Source: Anaeramoeba ignava BMAN
Taxonomy: Eukaryota; Protista; Anaeramoebae
Assembly (NCBI GenBank): GCA_028826165.1
Contig: JAPDFW010000098.1
Coordinates: forward strand, 180,255 to 244,254
Reading direction: 5' to 3'
DNA length: 64,000 nucleotides
A model generated the notes under the pieces. The model searched no databases, was not told the DNA's origin, and saw nothing but the letters and a program-made list of their open reading frames with translations. Below, piece after piece: positions 1 through 14,822 of the stretch (the stretch's first letter is position 1; each line of letters begins with the position of its first letter). Both the position numbers and the translations under genes were made by a program.

Positions 1-191
1 TTGAAATTTAAAATTTTCTTAAACGGTTTATTTTGAAAAAAAAAAAAACGGAAAAATTGAAAGAAAGTGAAAAAAAGGATGAAGAATTAAAATTAGAATT
101 AAAATTAGAATTAGAATTAGAATTAAAATTAGATTTAAAATTAGAATTAGAATTAAAATTAAAATTAGATTTAAAATTTAAATTGAAAGAA

Positions 192-3100
192 TTATTTTTT
201 TTCATCTTTAACTAATTCCCATTCAATTTCTGATAAATTGTTTTCTTGATTAATTGAACTTATTGCATTTTGATCTGAAGCAAATTCAATCTTTCCAAAC
301 ACTGAAATATAAATTTTCACAAATCCTTTATATACTTTCACTTCTGCATTACGAATTACTGCAATATTATTAACATTAACTTTATCAATTTGCTCTATAT
401 TTTTGGATTTGAATTTATATTTATATTTATATTTTAAATATTTATATTTATATTTATATTTATATTTATATTTATATTTATATTTATATTTATATTTATA
501 TTTATATTTGTATTTATATTTATATTTATATTTATATTTATATTTATATTTATATTTATATTTATATTTATATTTATATTTATATTTATATTTATATTTA
601 TATTTATATTTATATTTATATTTATATTTATATTTATATTTATATTTATATTTATATTTATATTTATATTTATATTTATATTTATATTTATATTTATATT
701 TATATTTATATTTATATTTATAATTATATTTATATTTATATTTATATTTATGTTTATATTTATGTTTATATTTATATTTATATTTATATTTTATATTTAT
801 ATTTTATATTTCGTTTTTGTTTTTCATTTAATTTTTATTTTATTTTATATTTTATATTTTATATTTTATATTTATGTTTATATATTTATATTTTATATTT
901 TATATTTTATGTTTATATTTATTTATTTTTTTTATATTTATATTTTATGTTTATATTTATATTTATATTTCATATATTTTGTTTATTTTATATTTTATAT
1001 TTATAATTATATTTATATTTATATTTATATTTATATTTATATTTATATTTATATTTATATTTATGTTTATATTTTTATATTTTATTTTATGTTTATGTTT
1101 ATATTTATGTTTATGTTTTATATTTTATGTTTATGTTTATTTTATGTTTATATTTATATTTATATTTATATTTATATTTATATTTATATTTATATTTATA
1201 TTTATATTTATATTTATATTTTATATTTATATTTATATTTATATTTATATTTATATTTATATTTATATTTATGTTTATATTTTATATTTTTTTTGTTTAT
1301 TTTATTATATTTTATATTTATATTTATATTTATATTTATATTTATATTTATATTTATATTTATGTATTTATATTTATATTTATATTTATATTTTTATGTT
1401 TATATTTATTATTTATATTTATATTTATATTTTATATTTATATTTATATTTATATTTATTTATATTTTATATTTTATATTTATTATTTATATTTTATATT
1501 TTATATTTATATTTATATTTATATTTATATTTTATGTTTATATTTATATTTATATTTATATTTATATTTATATTTTATATTTATATTTATATTTATATTT
1601 ATATTTATATTTTTATATTTATATTTATGTTTATATATTTTATTTATGTTTATATTATATTTATATTTTTATTTTATATTTTATTTATATTTTATATTTT
1701 ATGTTTTTATATTTTATATTTATGTTTTTATATTTATATTTTATATTTATATTTTATTTATATTTTATATTTATATTTTATATTTATATTTATATTTATA
1801 TTTATATTTTATATTTTTTATTTATATTTATATTTATATTTATGTTTATTTATATTTTATATTTATATTTATATTTTATATTTATATTTTATATTTATAT
1901 TTATATTTATTTATGTTATATTTATATTTTATATTTTATATTTATATTTATATTTTTATTTTTATTTATATTTATGTTTATATTTATATTTATATTTATA
2001 TATATTTATATTTATGTTTATATTTATATTTATATTTATATTTATATTTTATATTTTATATTTTTTATTTTATATTTTATGTTTATATTTATATTTATAT
2101 TTATATTTATATTTATATTTTTATTTATATTTATATTTATTTATATTTATATTTATATTTATATTTATATTTATATTTATATTTATATTTATTTATATGT
2201 TTATATTTATATTTATATTTTATTTTTATTTTATTTTATTTTATTTTATTTTTAATATTTATTTTTTTTTTTCGTTTTTATTTTTCATTTTAATATTAAT
2301 TTTCGTTTTTATATTTTAATTTTCATTTTCGTTTTTAATTTTAATTTTAATTTCGTTTTCATTTTAATTTAATTTTTTTTATATTTTCATTTTTTTCATT
2401 TTTCGTTTTTAATTTTTATTTTATTTTTATTTTATATTTTTATATTTTATTTTTCATTTTTTATTTTTATTTTATATTTTATATTTTATATTTATATTTA
2501 TATTTATATTTATATTTATATTTATATTTATATTTATATTTTATATTTTATATTTATATTTATATTTATATTTATATTTATATTTATATTTATATTTATA
2601 TTTATATTTATATTTATATTTATATTTATATTTATATTTATATTTATATTTATATTTATATTTATATTTATATTTATATTTATATTTATATTTATATATT
2701 TATTTATATTTTATTTATATTTATATTTGCATTTATATTTATATTTTATATTTATATTTATATTTATATTTTATTTATATTTTATTTTATATTTTATATT
2801 TATTATATTTATATTTAGATTTATATTTATATTTATAATTATATTTATATTTATATTTATATTTTAATATTTATTTTCATTTTAATTTCATTTTAATATT
2901 GATTTTAATTTTATATTTATATTTATATTTATATTTATATTTAGATTTTCATTTTCATTTAATTTTATATTTATATTTATATTTTCATTTTAATTTTAAT
3001 TTTAATTTTAATTTTCATTTTAATTTTCATTTTGATTCAAAATCTTGAATAAAAGTAACAAGAAAAAAAAAACTGCAAACCATTTTTAAGAACAACAAGA

Positions 3101-3353
3101 ATACAACCAGTTTCATCACCAACTAGACATTCAGCTAATTTAGTATGAACACCAAGAATATCAGTTCGATCTAAAACAATTTTTTTTTCAAGAATTTTCA
3201 CAATAACATTTACTCCTTTTAATTGAGGTTCTAATTGATCAATCTTTATAACTTTAAATAAGTAAAATAACGTAAATAAAAAGGAGAGTTGATTTTAATT
3301 TAATTTTTTTTATCAATTTTATAAAATTTACAAGTTGGTTTTATAAGAGACAT
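192..3353 (-). CDS. OB-fold single-stranded nucleic-acid-binding protein (At4g28440/SSB-like), 3 exons: 3353-3332, 3251-3081, 394-192
   Basis: Manual splicing gives [30 protein letters not shown]...[25 protein letters not shown]...[24 protein letters not shown]...[11 protein letters not shown]. The GDETG and NNLS..E.ELV motifs match this OB-fold family. Both introns are GT-AG and phase-consistent. Confidence 0.88.
395..3080. repeat. (TATATT)n microsatellite filling the 2.7 kb intron of the OB-fold gene
   Basis: Pure and degenerate TTTATA hexamer runs between a GT donor at 3080 and an AG acceptor at 395 (minus strand). Confidence 0.93.
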
Positions 3354-3488
3354 AATATTTTTTTTTTAAAAGAAAAGGAAAAAAATGGAAAATTAAAAAA
3401 TTAAAAAAAAAATTTTTTTCTCCTTTTTTATTTTTTATTTTTTTCATTTTTTTCATTTTTTTTTTCTTCTTTTTAAATTAAAAAAAAA

Positions 3489-5516
3489 ATGTTTTCTTTA
3501 TCAAAAAAAGTAATTGATTCAAAATCTCCTTTTTCAAGATTATTTTCAAAAGTAGCAGTTGTTCTTTCAGGTTGCGGTAAGTAAATAATCTTCCTCATAA
3601 GATTCTCTTTATTAATTTATTACTTTATAGGTGTTTATGATGGATCAGAAGTAATAAAAAAAAGAATAAAAAAATAACTGAAAAATAACGGAAAAAAAAT
3701 TTATCAATTTTTACAAAAACAAAAACAATTACAATAAACAAAGATACAAGAAGCAGTGTCTACATTAATTCATCTTTCCAAAAATGGGGCTGAATATCAA
3801 TGTTTTGCTCCAAATAAAGAACAAATGCATGTTATTGATCATTTAAAAACTGAACCTACAAAAGAATCTCGAAATGTTTTAACTGAATCTGCTAGAATAG
3901 TTCGTGGAGATATAAAACCTCTTAATGATATTAATATTAAAGAAATGGATGCTATTATTTTTCCTGGTGGTTTTGGTGCTGCTAAAGTATTTATTTTTAC
4001 AAGAATTTGCAAAAAAAATTTAAGAAGATATTTATATTTATTTAAATATTTACATTTATATTTATTTAAATATTTACATTTATATTTATATTTATATTTA
4101 TATTTATATTTATATTTATATTTATATTTATATTTATATTTATATTTATATTTATATTTATATTTATATTTATATTTATATTTATATTTATATTTATATT
4201 TATATTTATATTTATATTTATATTTATATTTATATTTATATTTATATTTATATTTATATTTATATTTATATTTATATTTATATTTATATTTATATTTTTA
4301 TATTTATATTTTTATTTATATTTTATATTTATATTTATTTATATTTTATTTATATTTATATTTATATTTTATATTTATATTTATATTATTTATATTTATA
4401 TTTATATTTATATTTATATTTATATTTATATTTTATTTTATATTTATATTTATATTTTATATTTATATTTATTTTGATATTTATATTTATATTTATGTTT
4501 ATGTTTATGTTTATTTTATGTTTATATTTTATATTTCATTTATATTTATATTTTATTTATTTTTATATTTATATTTATATTTATTTAAATATTTATATTT
4601 ATATTTTATATTTATTTTTATATTTTTTATATATTTATATTTATATTTATTTTAATATTTATATATTTTTATATTTTTATTTTTATTTTAAATATTTTAT
4701 ATTCATTTATATTTATATTTTATATTTAAATATTTATATTTATATTTTATATTTATATTTTATATTTTTAATTTATATATTTTATATTTTTTTTTTATAT
4801 TTTATATTTTATGTTTATTTATGTTTATATTTTATTTATATTTATATTTTATATTTATATTTATATTTATATTTTTATTTTATATTTATATTTATATTTA
4901 TATTTATATTTATATTTATATTTATATTTATATTTATATTTATATTTATATTTATATTTATATTTATATTTATATTTATATTTATATTTATATTTATATT
5001 TATATTTATATTTATATTTATATTTATATTTATATTTATTTAAATATTTATATTTATATTTATTTAAATATTTATATTTATTTAAATATTTATATTTATA
5101 TTTATATTTATATTTATATTTATATTTATATTTATATTTATTATTAATAATAAAAGAATTTAAGCGATTTTGCAACAAAAGGAAAAGATTTCGTAGTTGA
5201 TACAGAAGTAGAGAAAATATTAAAAGAATTTCACAAACAAAAAAAACCTATTGGTTTAATATGTATTGCACCAGTTTTAGGAGCAAAAGTATTTAAAGAT
5301 TGTATAGTTACTATTGGAGATGATCCAGGAGTTAAAGATGTTATTCAATCCGTTGGCGCTCGTCATAAAGATTTGGATCCTGAAGAGATTTGTGTTGATG
5401 ATAAAAATTTAATTATCTCAACTCCTGCTTATATGAAGGCTCAAAAAATTAATGTTGTTTTTGATGGAATTGGTAAATTAGTCAAGAAAGTTCTTGAATT
5501 TACTGAAAAGAAATAA
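3489..5516 (+). CDS. ES1/ElbB (GATD3-like, DJ-1/PfpI superfamily) protein with N-terminal organellar presequence; exons 3489-3576, 3631-3650, 3744-3986, 5157-5516
   Basis: [60 protein letters not shown] and STPAYM are characteristic ES1/ElbB motifs. Includes a 20-nt microexon. Confidence 0.93.
4030..5145. repeat. (TATATT)n microsatellite in ES1 intron 3 (3987-5156)
   Basis: Same hexamer as in the OB-fold intron, directly visible. Confidence 0.92.
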
Positions 5517-5918
5517 ATTCTTAATTTCTTTCTTAATTTCCTTTTCTTTCAATTTGATATTTTCTCTCAAAATAAAATTTAATCCAAATTTTGAAATGAA
5601 TTTTTAATTGGAATTTGAAATAAATTTTGAAATAAATTTTGATTAAAATTTTTAATTGGAATTTGAAATAAATTTGAAATAAATTTGAAATAATTTTGAA
5701 ATAAATTTGAAATAAATTTGAAATAATTTTTGAAATGAATTTTTAATTGAAATTTGAAATAAATTTTGAAATAAATTTTGATTAAAATTTTTAATTGGAA
5801 TTTGAAATAAATTTGAAATAAATTTTGAAATAAATTTTTTTAAAAATCGGATAAAATTATTTTCATTTTTTTCTTTTTCATTTTTTTCTTTTTCATTTTT
5901 TTCTTTTTCATTTTTCAA

Positions 5919-8774
5919 ATGAAATTTTTATTCATTTCATTTGCGTTAATTTTACATCTATCTTTCAAAACAAATGCATTAATTGAATCATTTAGTTATG
6001 AATCAGATGAAAAAGCAATTCAATTTGATTTGTTTGGATATTTAAAAAATGGTACAATAGACATGAATATTGTAAACAGAAAAATAATAAAGAAAAAGAA
6101 TTTTAAAACAAAAAAAAAATTTAACTGAAATTTTTACAAAACCTAAAAAAAAAATTATTTATTTAATGAATTAAAGCAAGTTTCTGGAGATTCAAGCAAT
6201 ATAAATTATGTTGTTTGTTCTTATTCTGAGTTAAAAACAGTAAATTTCAATTTTAATTTCAATTTTAATTTTAATTTTAATTCAAATTTCAATTTTAATT
6301 TTAATTTCAATTTTAATTTTAATTTTAATTTCAAAATCAATTTTAATTTTAATATTAATTTCAATAATAATTTAAATATTAATTTGTAGACTAAAATTGA
6401 CCAACAAAAATTATGCCATAATTTATTTGATGAACAAAGTCTTCATTGTATAATTAATGAACAAATTATTAATAATACTTATTCTGGTTTTTATCGGATT
6501 ACGAAAAAAGATCATTATTTTTTCTTTGTCACAAATTGTCAATCTACAGGAAATCATAAATATACTGTTTGCTTTCTTTCTTTTTCTTTTATCTTTCAAA
6601 CAATTTCAAAATCAAAATCAAATTCAAAATCAAAATCAAATTCAAAATCAAATTCAAAATCAAAATTAAAATCAAAATTAAAATTAAAATCAAATTCAAA
6701 TTCAAAATCAAAATCAAAATCAAAATCAAATTCAAAATCAAAATCAAAATCAAAATTCAAAATTAAATTCAAAATTAAAATCAAAATTAAAATTAAAATT
6801 AAAATTAAAATCAAAATTAAAATCAAAATCAAAATTCAAATTCAAATTCAAAATCAAAATCAAAATTCAAAATTAAAATCAAAATTAAAATCAAAATCAA
6901 ATTCAAAATCAAAATCAAAATTCAAAATCAAAATTAAAATCAAAATCAAATTCAAAATCAAAATAAGTTTGATTACACTTTAATGAATCCAAATGGTGAA
7001 TATCTTAGTACAGATTATATTCCTTTGCCTGTTGTTTATTTGATTTTCATTTTTATTTGGATTGTTTTTATGATACTTTGGATATTCAACTGGATTAGAC
7101 ATAGAAAAACTAAAATTAATCTTCATAGATTACTTTCTTTTACTTTATTCATAATGACAATAAATTTAATAGGACAATTCTTATATTGGAGAATTTTATC
7201 TACAAAAGGTAAAACAAAATTAAATATAAAATTATTTATAAAATTATTTATAAAATTATTTATTAAAATTAATTATTAATTTAATTATAAAATTATTTAT
7301 AAAATTATTTATAAAATTATTTATTAAATTATTTATTAAATTATTTATTAAATTATATATAAAATTATTTATTTATTTATTTATAAATTTATTTATAAAA
7401 TTATTTATAAAATTATTTATAAAATTATTTATTAAATTATTTATTAAATTAAATATAAAATTAATTATAAAATTATTTATTAAATTATTTATTAAATTAT
7501 TTATAAAATTAAATATAAAATTAATTATTAAATTATATATTAAATTTATTTATAAAATTAATTATAAAATTATTTATTAAATTATTTATTAAATTAATTA
7601 TAAAATTATTTATTAAATTATTTATAAAATTATTTATTAAATTATTTATTAAATTATTTATAAAATTATTTATTAAATTATTTATTAAACTATAATTAAA
7701 TTAAATATAAAATTATTTATAAAATTTAGGAAAAATCTCAATTAATATTTTTGCAGGAATTCTTTTAACAGATGCTTTATCACAATTTTTATTTTATATA
7801 TCACTTTTATTTATCGCAAGAGGATGGAGTATTATTCACCCTGAACTTGATGGACAATCAGCTCGATATTCATTTACAATTGTTTTTTGTCTTGTTATAT
7901 TTTCTGAATTACTGGCTGCAACATCAGGATTTTTTGCAACTTTATTCTTCTTTTTATGGTTGATTGCATATTTCTATTTGTTAAGAAGACTTTTTAGAAC
8001 AACTAATGAAAATCAAACAATGCTTAAAAATCAACTTATATTGATTAGAGATATGGATATAAATCCAACAACAACTCCAATTTATGAGAAATATGTTTTA
8101 TTTAGAAAATTTAAAAAAGCAATAACAATTTATCTTTTCCTTCAAATATTGGTAAGTTATAATTAAATTCCAAAAAGTAAAATTGGAACAAATTAATTTT
8201 GATCCACTTTTTATATATATATATATTTTTTTTTCAAAATTTAGATCTATTTTATTGGATCTCTTTTCCTTTATTTTAGTCCTTGGATTACAGAATTACT
8301 TTTCTTAATTGCTTCTACAATCCTTTCATTTGGAGTTGGTTTTACATTTCGTCTTAAATCATTCCATTCTTTATTTAATGATTTACCAAACACTGGATAT
8401 TCAAATTTAGAAAATCAAAATAATTCGCAAAATGTAATAATATTTATTCTTAATCATTTTAAATTGATTATTGATTATTGATTATTTTTCTATTTTAGGA
8501 AGCAAATGAAGCAGAATTAATTGGTCCTAATCTTCGAACTTGGGATGGAGAAATTGAACTAGTAAATATTTTTAAAAAAAATTTTTGTTCTCATTTATTT
8601 ATTTCTTATTTCTTTTATTTTTATTAGTCTACATTACTCAAAAATAAACAAATGGAAGTTGATTTAACAAATGAATCTATGATTCTTGTTCAAAATCCTC
8701 AAGAAGATGATCATATAGCAGAAATTGATATTGCAATTCAATCAAATTTTGAAGATTCAAAAACTAAAAATTGA
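5919..8774 (+). CDS. GPR107/GPR108/TMEM87 (lung seven-transmembrane receptor, GOST family)-like protein, multi-exon
   Basis: Signal peptide, lumenal domain (FDLFGYLKNGTI), MNPNGEYLSTDYIPLP motif before TM1, IARGWSII motif and seven hydrophobic segments after manual splicing. Confidence 0.78.
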
Positions 8775-9032
8775 ATACACAAAAAAATATTTTTTTTCTT
8801 TTTACTTTTTTTGCTTTTTTTACTTTTTTTTTTGTTCTAGAAAGAAAGAATGAATGAATGAATCAATAAATGAATCAATAAATGAAATCATTTTAATTTG
8901 AAAAATATTTTTTAAAAAAAGAAAAAGTAAAAAAAAGTTCGTAATTTGATTCATTATTTATTTTGATTTTTTTTTTTATAAATGAAGAAGATTTTATTCC
9001 AACAAAAAAAAAGCAAAAAAAAAAAAAATATT

Positions 9033-10718
9033 CTATTTAAAAGATTTTTTTTTTTGATAAACAAGAGTATCAAAAAGACTAATTTCATTTTGAGAAATTT
9101 GACCTTGAGATTTTAATTTGAGAAGTTTTTTTTTTAAAGAAGATACATTTGGTTCATCAACAGAATCAAGATTAAGTCTATGTTTTCTTGGAAAAATACC
9201 TTCTTTTTGAAGTTCTATTTCTCTTGCTGTTGTTTTTGCAAGTTGATTTGGTAAAACTGGTGGAAAAAAAGGTTGTTGTGGCAAAAATGGAAATGGAAAT
9301 GGAAATGAAAATGGAAATGGAACATTTTGTGAAATTGGATATTTTTTTTGATTTGAATTATTTTGTCCAGGAAAACCTATTGGTATTTGAAGTGGATAAC
9401 CAAACATATTTGGTGATTGATATTTTGTGTATTTTTCTTCTTTTCTTCTTGATTTTCTTTTGTATTTTCTTCTTCTTCTTCTTTTATTTTTTTTGAGATC
9501 AATTTGATTTTGATTTTGATTTTGAATTTGATTTTGATTTTGATTTTGATTTTGATTTTGATTTTGATTTTGATTTTGATTTTCTTTTTCATCTTCTTTT
9601 TCACTTTTTGATTTTGATTTTCATTTTGATTTTTGATTTTGATTTTCTTTTTTCTTTTCACTTTTTCTTTTTCTTTTTCAATTTTTTTCACTTTCTTTTT
9701 TTCACTTTCAATTTCTTTTCACTTTCGTTCTTTTTCACTTTCAATTTCTTTTTTTTCTTTTTCACTTTCAATTTTTCAATTTCTTTTTCACTTTCAATTT
9801 CTTTTTCACTTTTCAACTTTTTCATTTTTCTTTTTTCAATTTCTTTTTCACTTTCAACTTCTTTTTCACTTTCACTTTTTTTTTTTCTTTTTCAACTTCT
9901 TTTTCACTTTCATTTTCAACTTCTTTTTCATTTCTTTTTCACTTTCAATTTCTTTTTCACTTTCTTTTTCTTTTTCATTTTCAATTTCTTTTTCACTTTC
10001 ATCTTTTCATTTTTCATTTTTTTTCAACTTCTTTTTCACTTTCAACTTCTTTTTCACTTTCAACTTCTTTTTCATTTTCATCTTCTAAACCAAAATCTTT
10101 TTCCTTTAAGAACTCATTTTTTGGTCTCTCAACTTGCCACAAATAATTCTCCAAGAAAACAAAAACTTTATTCTCAATAAGACTTTTTTTTTGGTTATCA
10201 CGTTGTGAAATCATCCAACTCACAAGCAAATCATAAGTTAATTTTTTACCTATTAATCAAAACAAAAGAAAAAAAAAATTTAATAATTAGAATAATAAAA
10301 GAAAATAAAAGAAAAAGAAAAAAGAATTAGAAAATTCAAAGACTCTTACCAATTCCAAGTTCTTTTCCAATTTGAGATTCTTTAAGTGAAAGAGAACTTG
10401 TTAATTCTTTAATCATTTTATTAAAACTTAATCGAGGTTGGTTCAGTTCAAAAAAATTTGAATCGTTTGAATTATAAATAAAATTAAAATGTTCAAAAAC
10501 TTTAACTTTTTCTTCTTCTTTATTAACTTCATTTATCTTTGAATCTTGGTTATTCTTTTGAGATGAAATTTTGGTTGATTCTTCTATATTTTTGAATTGA
10601 ATAAAAATTGGTTTAAGTTTTTTTTTTTTTTGAGAAATAGATTTTAAATAAGGAAATTTTCAATTTTTAAGTTTTTATTATCCAAATTATTATTCTTACT
10701 TTTGATTGGAGATTCCAT
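9033..10718 (-). CDS. Hypothetical protein: short HTH-like segment, long E/K-rich tract, Pro/Phe-rich C-terminus (frame broken in homopolymers)
   Basis: ATG at 10718 and two GT-AG introns join MESPIK.. to ..SLKESQIGKELGIGKKLTYDLLVSWM.., continuing into ORF 10014-10229 and, after frameshifts, ORF 9033-9407. Confidence 0.5.
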
Positions 10719-11110
10719 GCTTTAAATTAATCTCAAAAAATTTTAATCTAATTACTTATAAAGTCAATTTAAAAAAAAAATGAAAAATTCAAAAGTAAAA
10801 AAAATCAATTCTTTTTAAGAAAATGTTTTGATATCTTTTGAGTGTAAAAAAAAAACACAAAAATGAAAAAAATAAAATCCTTTTAATTTTTTTTTTCGAA
10901 ATGAATGAATTCAATTAATCTTACAAAAAAAAACACATAACCTTTTTCTTTTTCTTTTTATTTTTATTTTTATTTTTATTTTTAGGATTAGAAAAATACC
11001 CTTAAGGATAATAAATCCTTCTTTAAAGTTTAAATGAGAAATATTTTCAATAAAAGGATTCAATTTTTTCAAATGAATTAATGATAAAGAAAATGAGAGG
11101 AAATCAAGCA

Positions 11111-12300
11111 ATTAAATTATTTTAATTATTTTAATTATTTCAAATTAAATTATTTCAAATTAAATTATTTGAATTATTTCTAATTAAATTATTTAAATTA
11201 TTTGAATTAAATTATTTCCAATTAAATTATTTCAAATTAAATCATTTGAATTAAATTATTTCCAATTAAATTATTTCAATTAAATTATTTCCAATTAAAT
11301 CATTTCAATTAAATTATTTCCAATTAAATCATTTCAATTGAATTATTTCAAATTAAATCATTTTCAATTAAATTATTTCCAATTAAATTATTTCAATTAA
11401 ATTATTTCAATTAAATTATTTCAAATTAAATTATTTCAATTAAATTATTTCAATTAAATTATTTCCAATTAAATTATTTCAAATTAAATTATTTCAAATT
11501 AAATTATTTCCAATTAAATTATTTCCAATTATTTCCAATTAAATTATTTCCAATTAAATTATTTGAATTATTTGAAATTAAATTATTTGAATTATTTGAA
11601 TTAAATTATTTGAAATTAAATTATTTGAATTATTTCCAATTAAATTATTTGAATTAAATTATTTGAATTAAATTATTTGAATTAAATTATTTCAAATTAA
11701 ATTATTTCAATTTAAATTATTTCAAATTAAATTATTTGAATTAAATTATTTGAATTAAATTATTTGAATTAAATTATTTCAAATTAAATTATTTCAAATT
11801 AAATTATTTCCAATTAAATTATTTCAAATTAAATTATTTCAATTAAATTATTTCCAATTAAATTATTTTCAATTGAATTATTTGAATTAAATTATTTCAA
11901 ATTAAATTATTTCAAATTAAATTATTTCAATTTAAATTATTTCAAATTAAATTATTTCAAATTAAATTATTTCAAATTAAATTATTTCAATTTAAATTAT
12001 TTGAATTAAATTATTTGAATTAAATTATTTGAATTAAATTATTTCAAATTAAATTATTTCGAATTAAATTATTTCAATTAAATTATTTCAATTAAATTAT
12101 TTCCAATTAAATTATTTCAAATTAAATTATTTCAAATTAAATTATTTCAAATTAAATTATTTCAATTTAAATTATTTCAAATTAAATTATTTCAAATTAA
12201 ATTATTTCAAATTAAATTATTTGAATTATTTCAATAAAATTAACTTATTTCCATTAAATTATTTAAAATTAAATTATTTCAATTATTTCAAATTAAATTA
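11111..12300. repeat. Intergenic ~14-15 bp satellite (AATTAAATTATTT[C/G]A variants)
   Basis: Directly visible tandem units between two divergently transcribed genes. Confidence 0.9.
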
Positions 12301-12388
12301 TTTTTTGTTTGTGAATTTTTTTTTTTCATTTTTCCAATTTTTTTTTTCATTTTATTTTTTCCTTCATTTTTATTTTGGGATTAACAAA

Positions 12389-14552
12389 ATGAAACCAGGT
12401 GATTTAGTTGGAATTATTCTTTATAGCTTGATTTTAATTTTTACAATAGTTTGGAAAATCTTTTAAATTTTTAAAAACAAAAAAAAAATCCTAATTTAAC
12501 TTTTTAATTTAATTTTTAATTCGTATTTTTATTTAATTTTTTTATTATAAAAAGGTTCAACTTATTCGTTTTTATATATATAAAAAAATAAATCCTTACA
12601 ATTTACTTCAAATTCAATTTCATGTTTTAGTTCTTTTTTTTCTTATTGGTTTGAATTAAAATTTTGTTTTTGGATTAAATTTTTATTAATTTTTTAAATT
12701 TAAAATTTTTTTTATTCAAAATAGGTCGAATAATTTGGTTAGCTTTAAACAATGTTAAAAATGCCAATGCATTACTTAAATTTATATTAAATCGATTTGC
12801 TTATTTAAGTTTCTTTACTTCATTTACACTTCTTGTTTTTTTTTGGTAAATAAAATTATAAATAAAATTATTTATTAAATTAATTATAAAATTAATTATA
12901 AAATTATTTATAAAATTAAATATAAAATTAATTATAAAATTAATTATAAAATTAATTATAAAATTATTTATTAAATTAATTATAAAATTAATTATAAAAT
13001 TATTTATTAAATTATATATAAAAATTATTTTATAAAAAGAAATTTATAAAATAAAAAAAGAAACAGAAATTAAAAAAATTAATTTAAAAAAAATTAAATA
13101 TAAATTAATTATAGAAAAATTATTTATAAAATTAATTATAAAATTATTTATAAAATTAAATATAAAATTAAATATAAAATTATTTATAAAATTAATTATA
13201 AAATTAGTTATAAAATTATTTATAAAATTATTTATAAAATTAATTATAAAATTATTAATAAAATTATTTATAAATTTATTTATAAAATTATTTATAAAAT
13301 TATTAATAAAATTATTTATAAAATTATTTATTAAATTATTTATAAAATTAATTATAAAATTAATTTAATTAGGGCTGAAATTTCTCATGGTTTAATTTCA
13401 GGAGCAAATCAAACATCTTTGAAAAAACTTAAGATACCTTTTTTTATTGCAAATGCTGTTTTATATTTATATACTTTGATTTGTGCAATTGTTTTTGATT
13501 TCACTCATTCAGAAATAGAGGATATATTAATATAAATATTAATTTAATATTTTTGATAATTGCAGTGATTTTCTTTTGTTATTTCTTTAAAATTTTAATT
13601 TATGATTTGCGTTCTTTCAAAAAGTTTAAAGGTTAAAAATTAAATTTTTAAAAATAGAAATAGAAATTTAAATATAATTTAAAATAGAAATAGAAATAGA
13701 AATAGAAATAGAAATAGAAATAGAAATAGAAATAGAAATAGAAATAGAAATAGAAATAGATTAAAATATTGATTTAAATATTAATTAAAATATTGATTTA
13801 AATATTAATTTTAAATATTGATTTAAATATTTATTTAAAATATTGATTTAAATATTTATTTAAAATATTGATTTAAATATTGATTTAAATATTGATTTAA
13901 ATATTAATTTAAATATTAATTTAAATATTAATTTAAATATTAATTTAAAATATTAATTAAAATATTGATTTAAAATATTAATTTAAATATTAATTAAAAT
14001 ATTGATTTAAATATTAATTTAAATATTAATTTAAAATATTAAAATAGAAATCTATTGGTGTTTCAGTTTCTAAAAAAAGAACTTTATTGAAAATTGCTGG
14101 AATTACAGTAACTTTTTCTACATCCTTTTTACTAAGATTTGCTATGCTTCTTTATCGACCAATAACTGATAAATACTTTAAATATGGAGTAAAATTAAAA
14201 TTTAAATTCAAATTTAAATTTAAATTCAAATTAAAATTTATTTTGAAAATTAAAATTATTTTCCAATTTAAAAGATTTATATTACTTTTACTTATTTTGT
14301 TCCTGAAATGATTCCAACTTGTGTTCAATTATTTGTAATGAGACTTAAATTTGTTAGTCGAGCTCCTTCAATTTCTCAAGTTCCTTCTGGTACAACAACA
14401 GTTACTCTTTTAAAAACTGTAAGAATAAAAATGTTTTTTTTTAAATGTTTTTAATGTTTTTTTTTTAAATGTTTTTAATGTTTTTTTTTTAAAAATGTTT
14501 TTAGAAAGAGCCGGAAAAATCAGAAAATTCAGATAATACAAGTGATTATTGA
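12389..14552 (+). CDS. THH1/TOM1/TOM3 (GPR137-like) seven-transmembrane protein, multi-exon; one exon (about 13500-13630) appears frame-corrupted
   Basis: Spliced peptides VQLIRF, FFTSFTLLVFFWAEISH, SFLLRFAM and YYFTYFVPEMIPT match TOM1-family motifs. Confidence 0.72.
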
Positions 14553-14822
14553 AATTAAATTGATTAATTTTTTTTTTATCGTTTACTTTTTTCAGGCAAA
14601 AAATACCTGAATAAAAAAAAAACATAATTAATGTTTTAATTTCTTTTAAAACAGAAAATGTTCCACTTTTTTTGTTTTTTTGCTTTTTTTTTAATCAAAT
14701 AACTGAAAAGTCAAATCTCTTTTAAAGTTGAAAAACAAAAAAAAAAACATTTTAGATCAAAACAAAAATCTTTTTATTTTTCGTTTTATAAATCATTTTT
14801 CTTTTCCTTAAAAAAAAACAAA

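Noticed and set aside
403-2319. Long ORFs of YL/FI/IY dipeptides (also 4474-5200, 18727-18978, 19790-20380, 20698-20958, 58508-58778)
   Set aside because: Stop-free translations of hexamer or 12-mer satellites lying in introns or spacers of real genes.
395-3000. Telomeric repeat tract
   Set aside because: The repeat has no G-rich strand and lies inside a spliceable intron with an exon beyond it.
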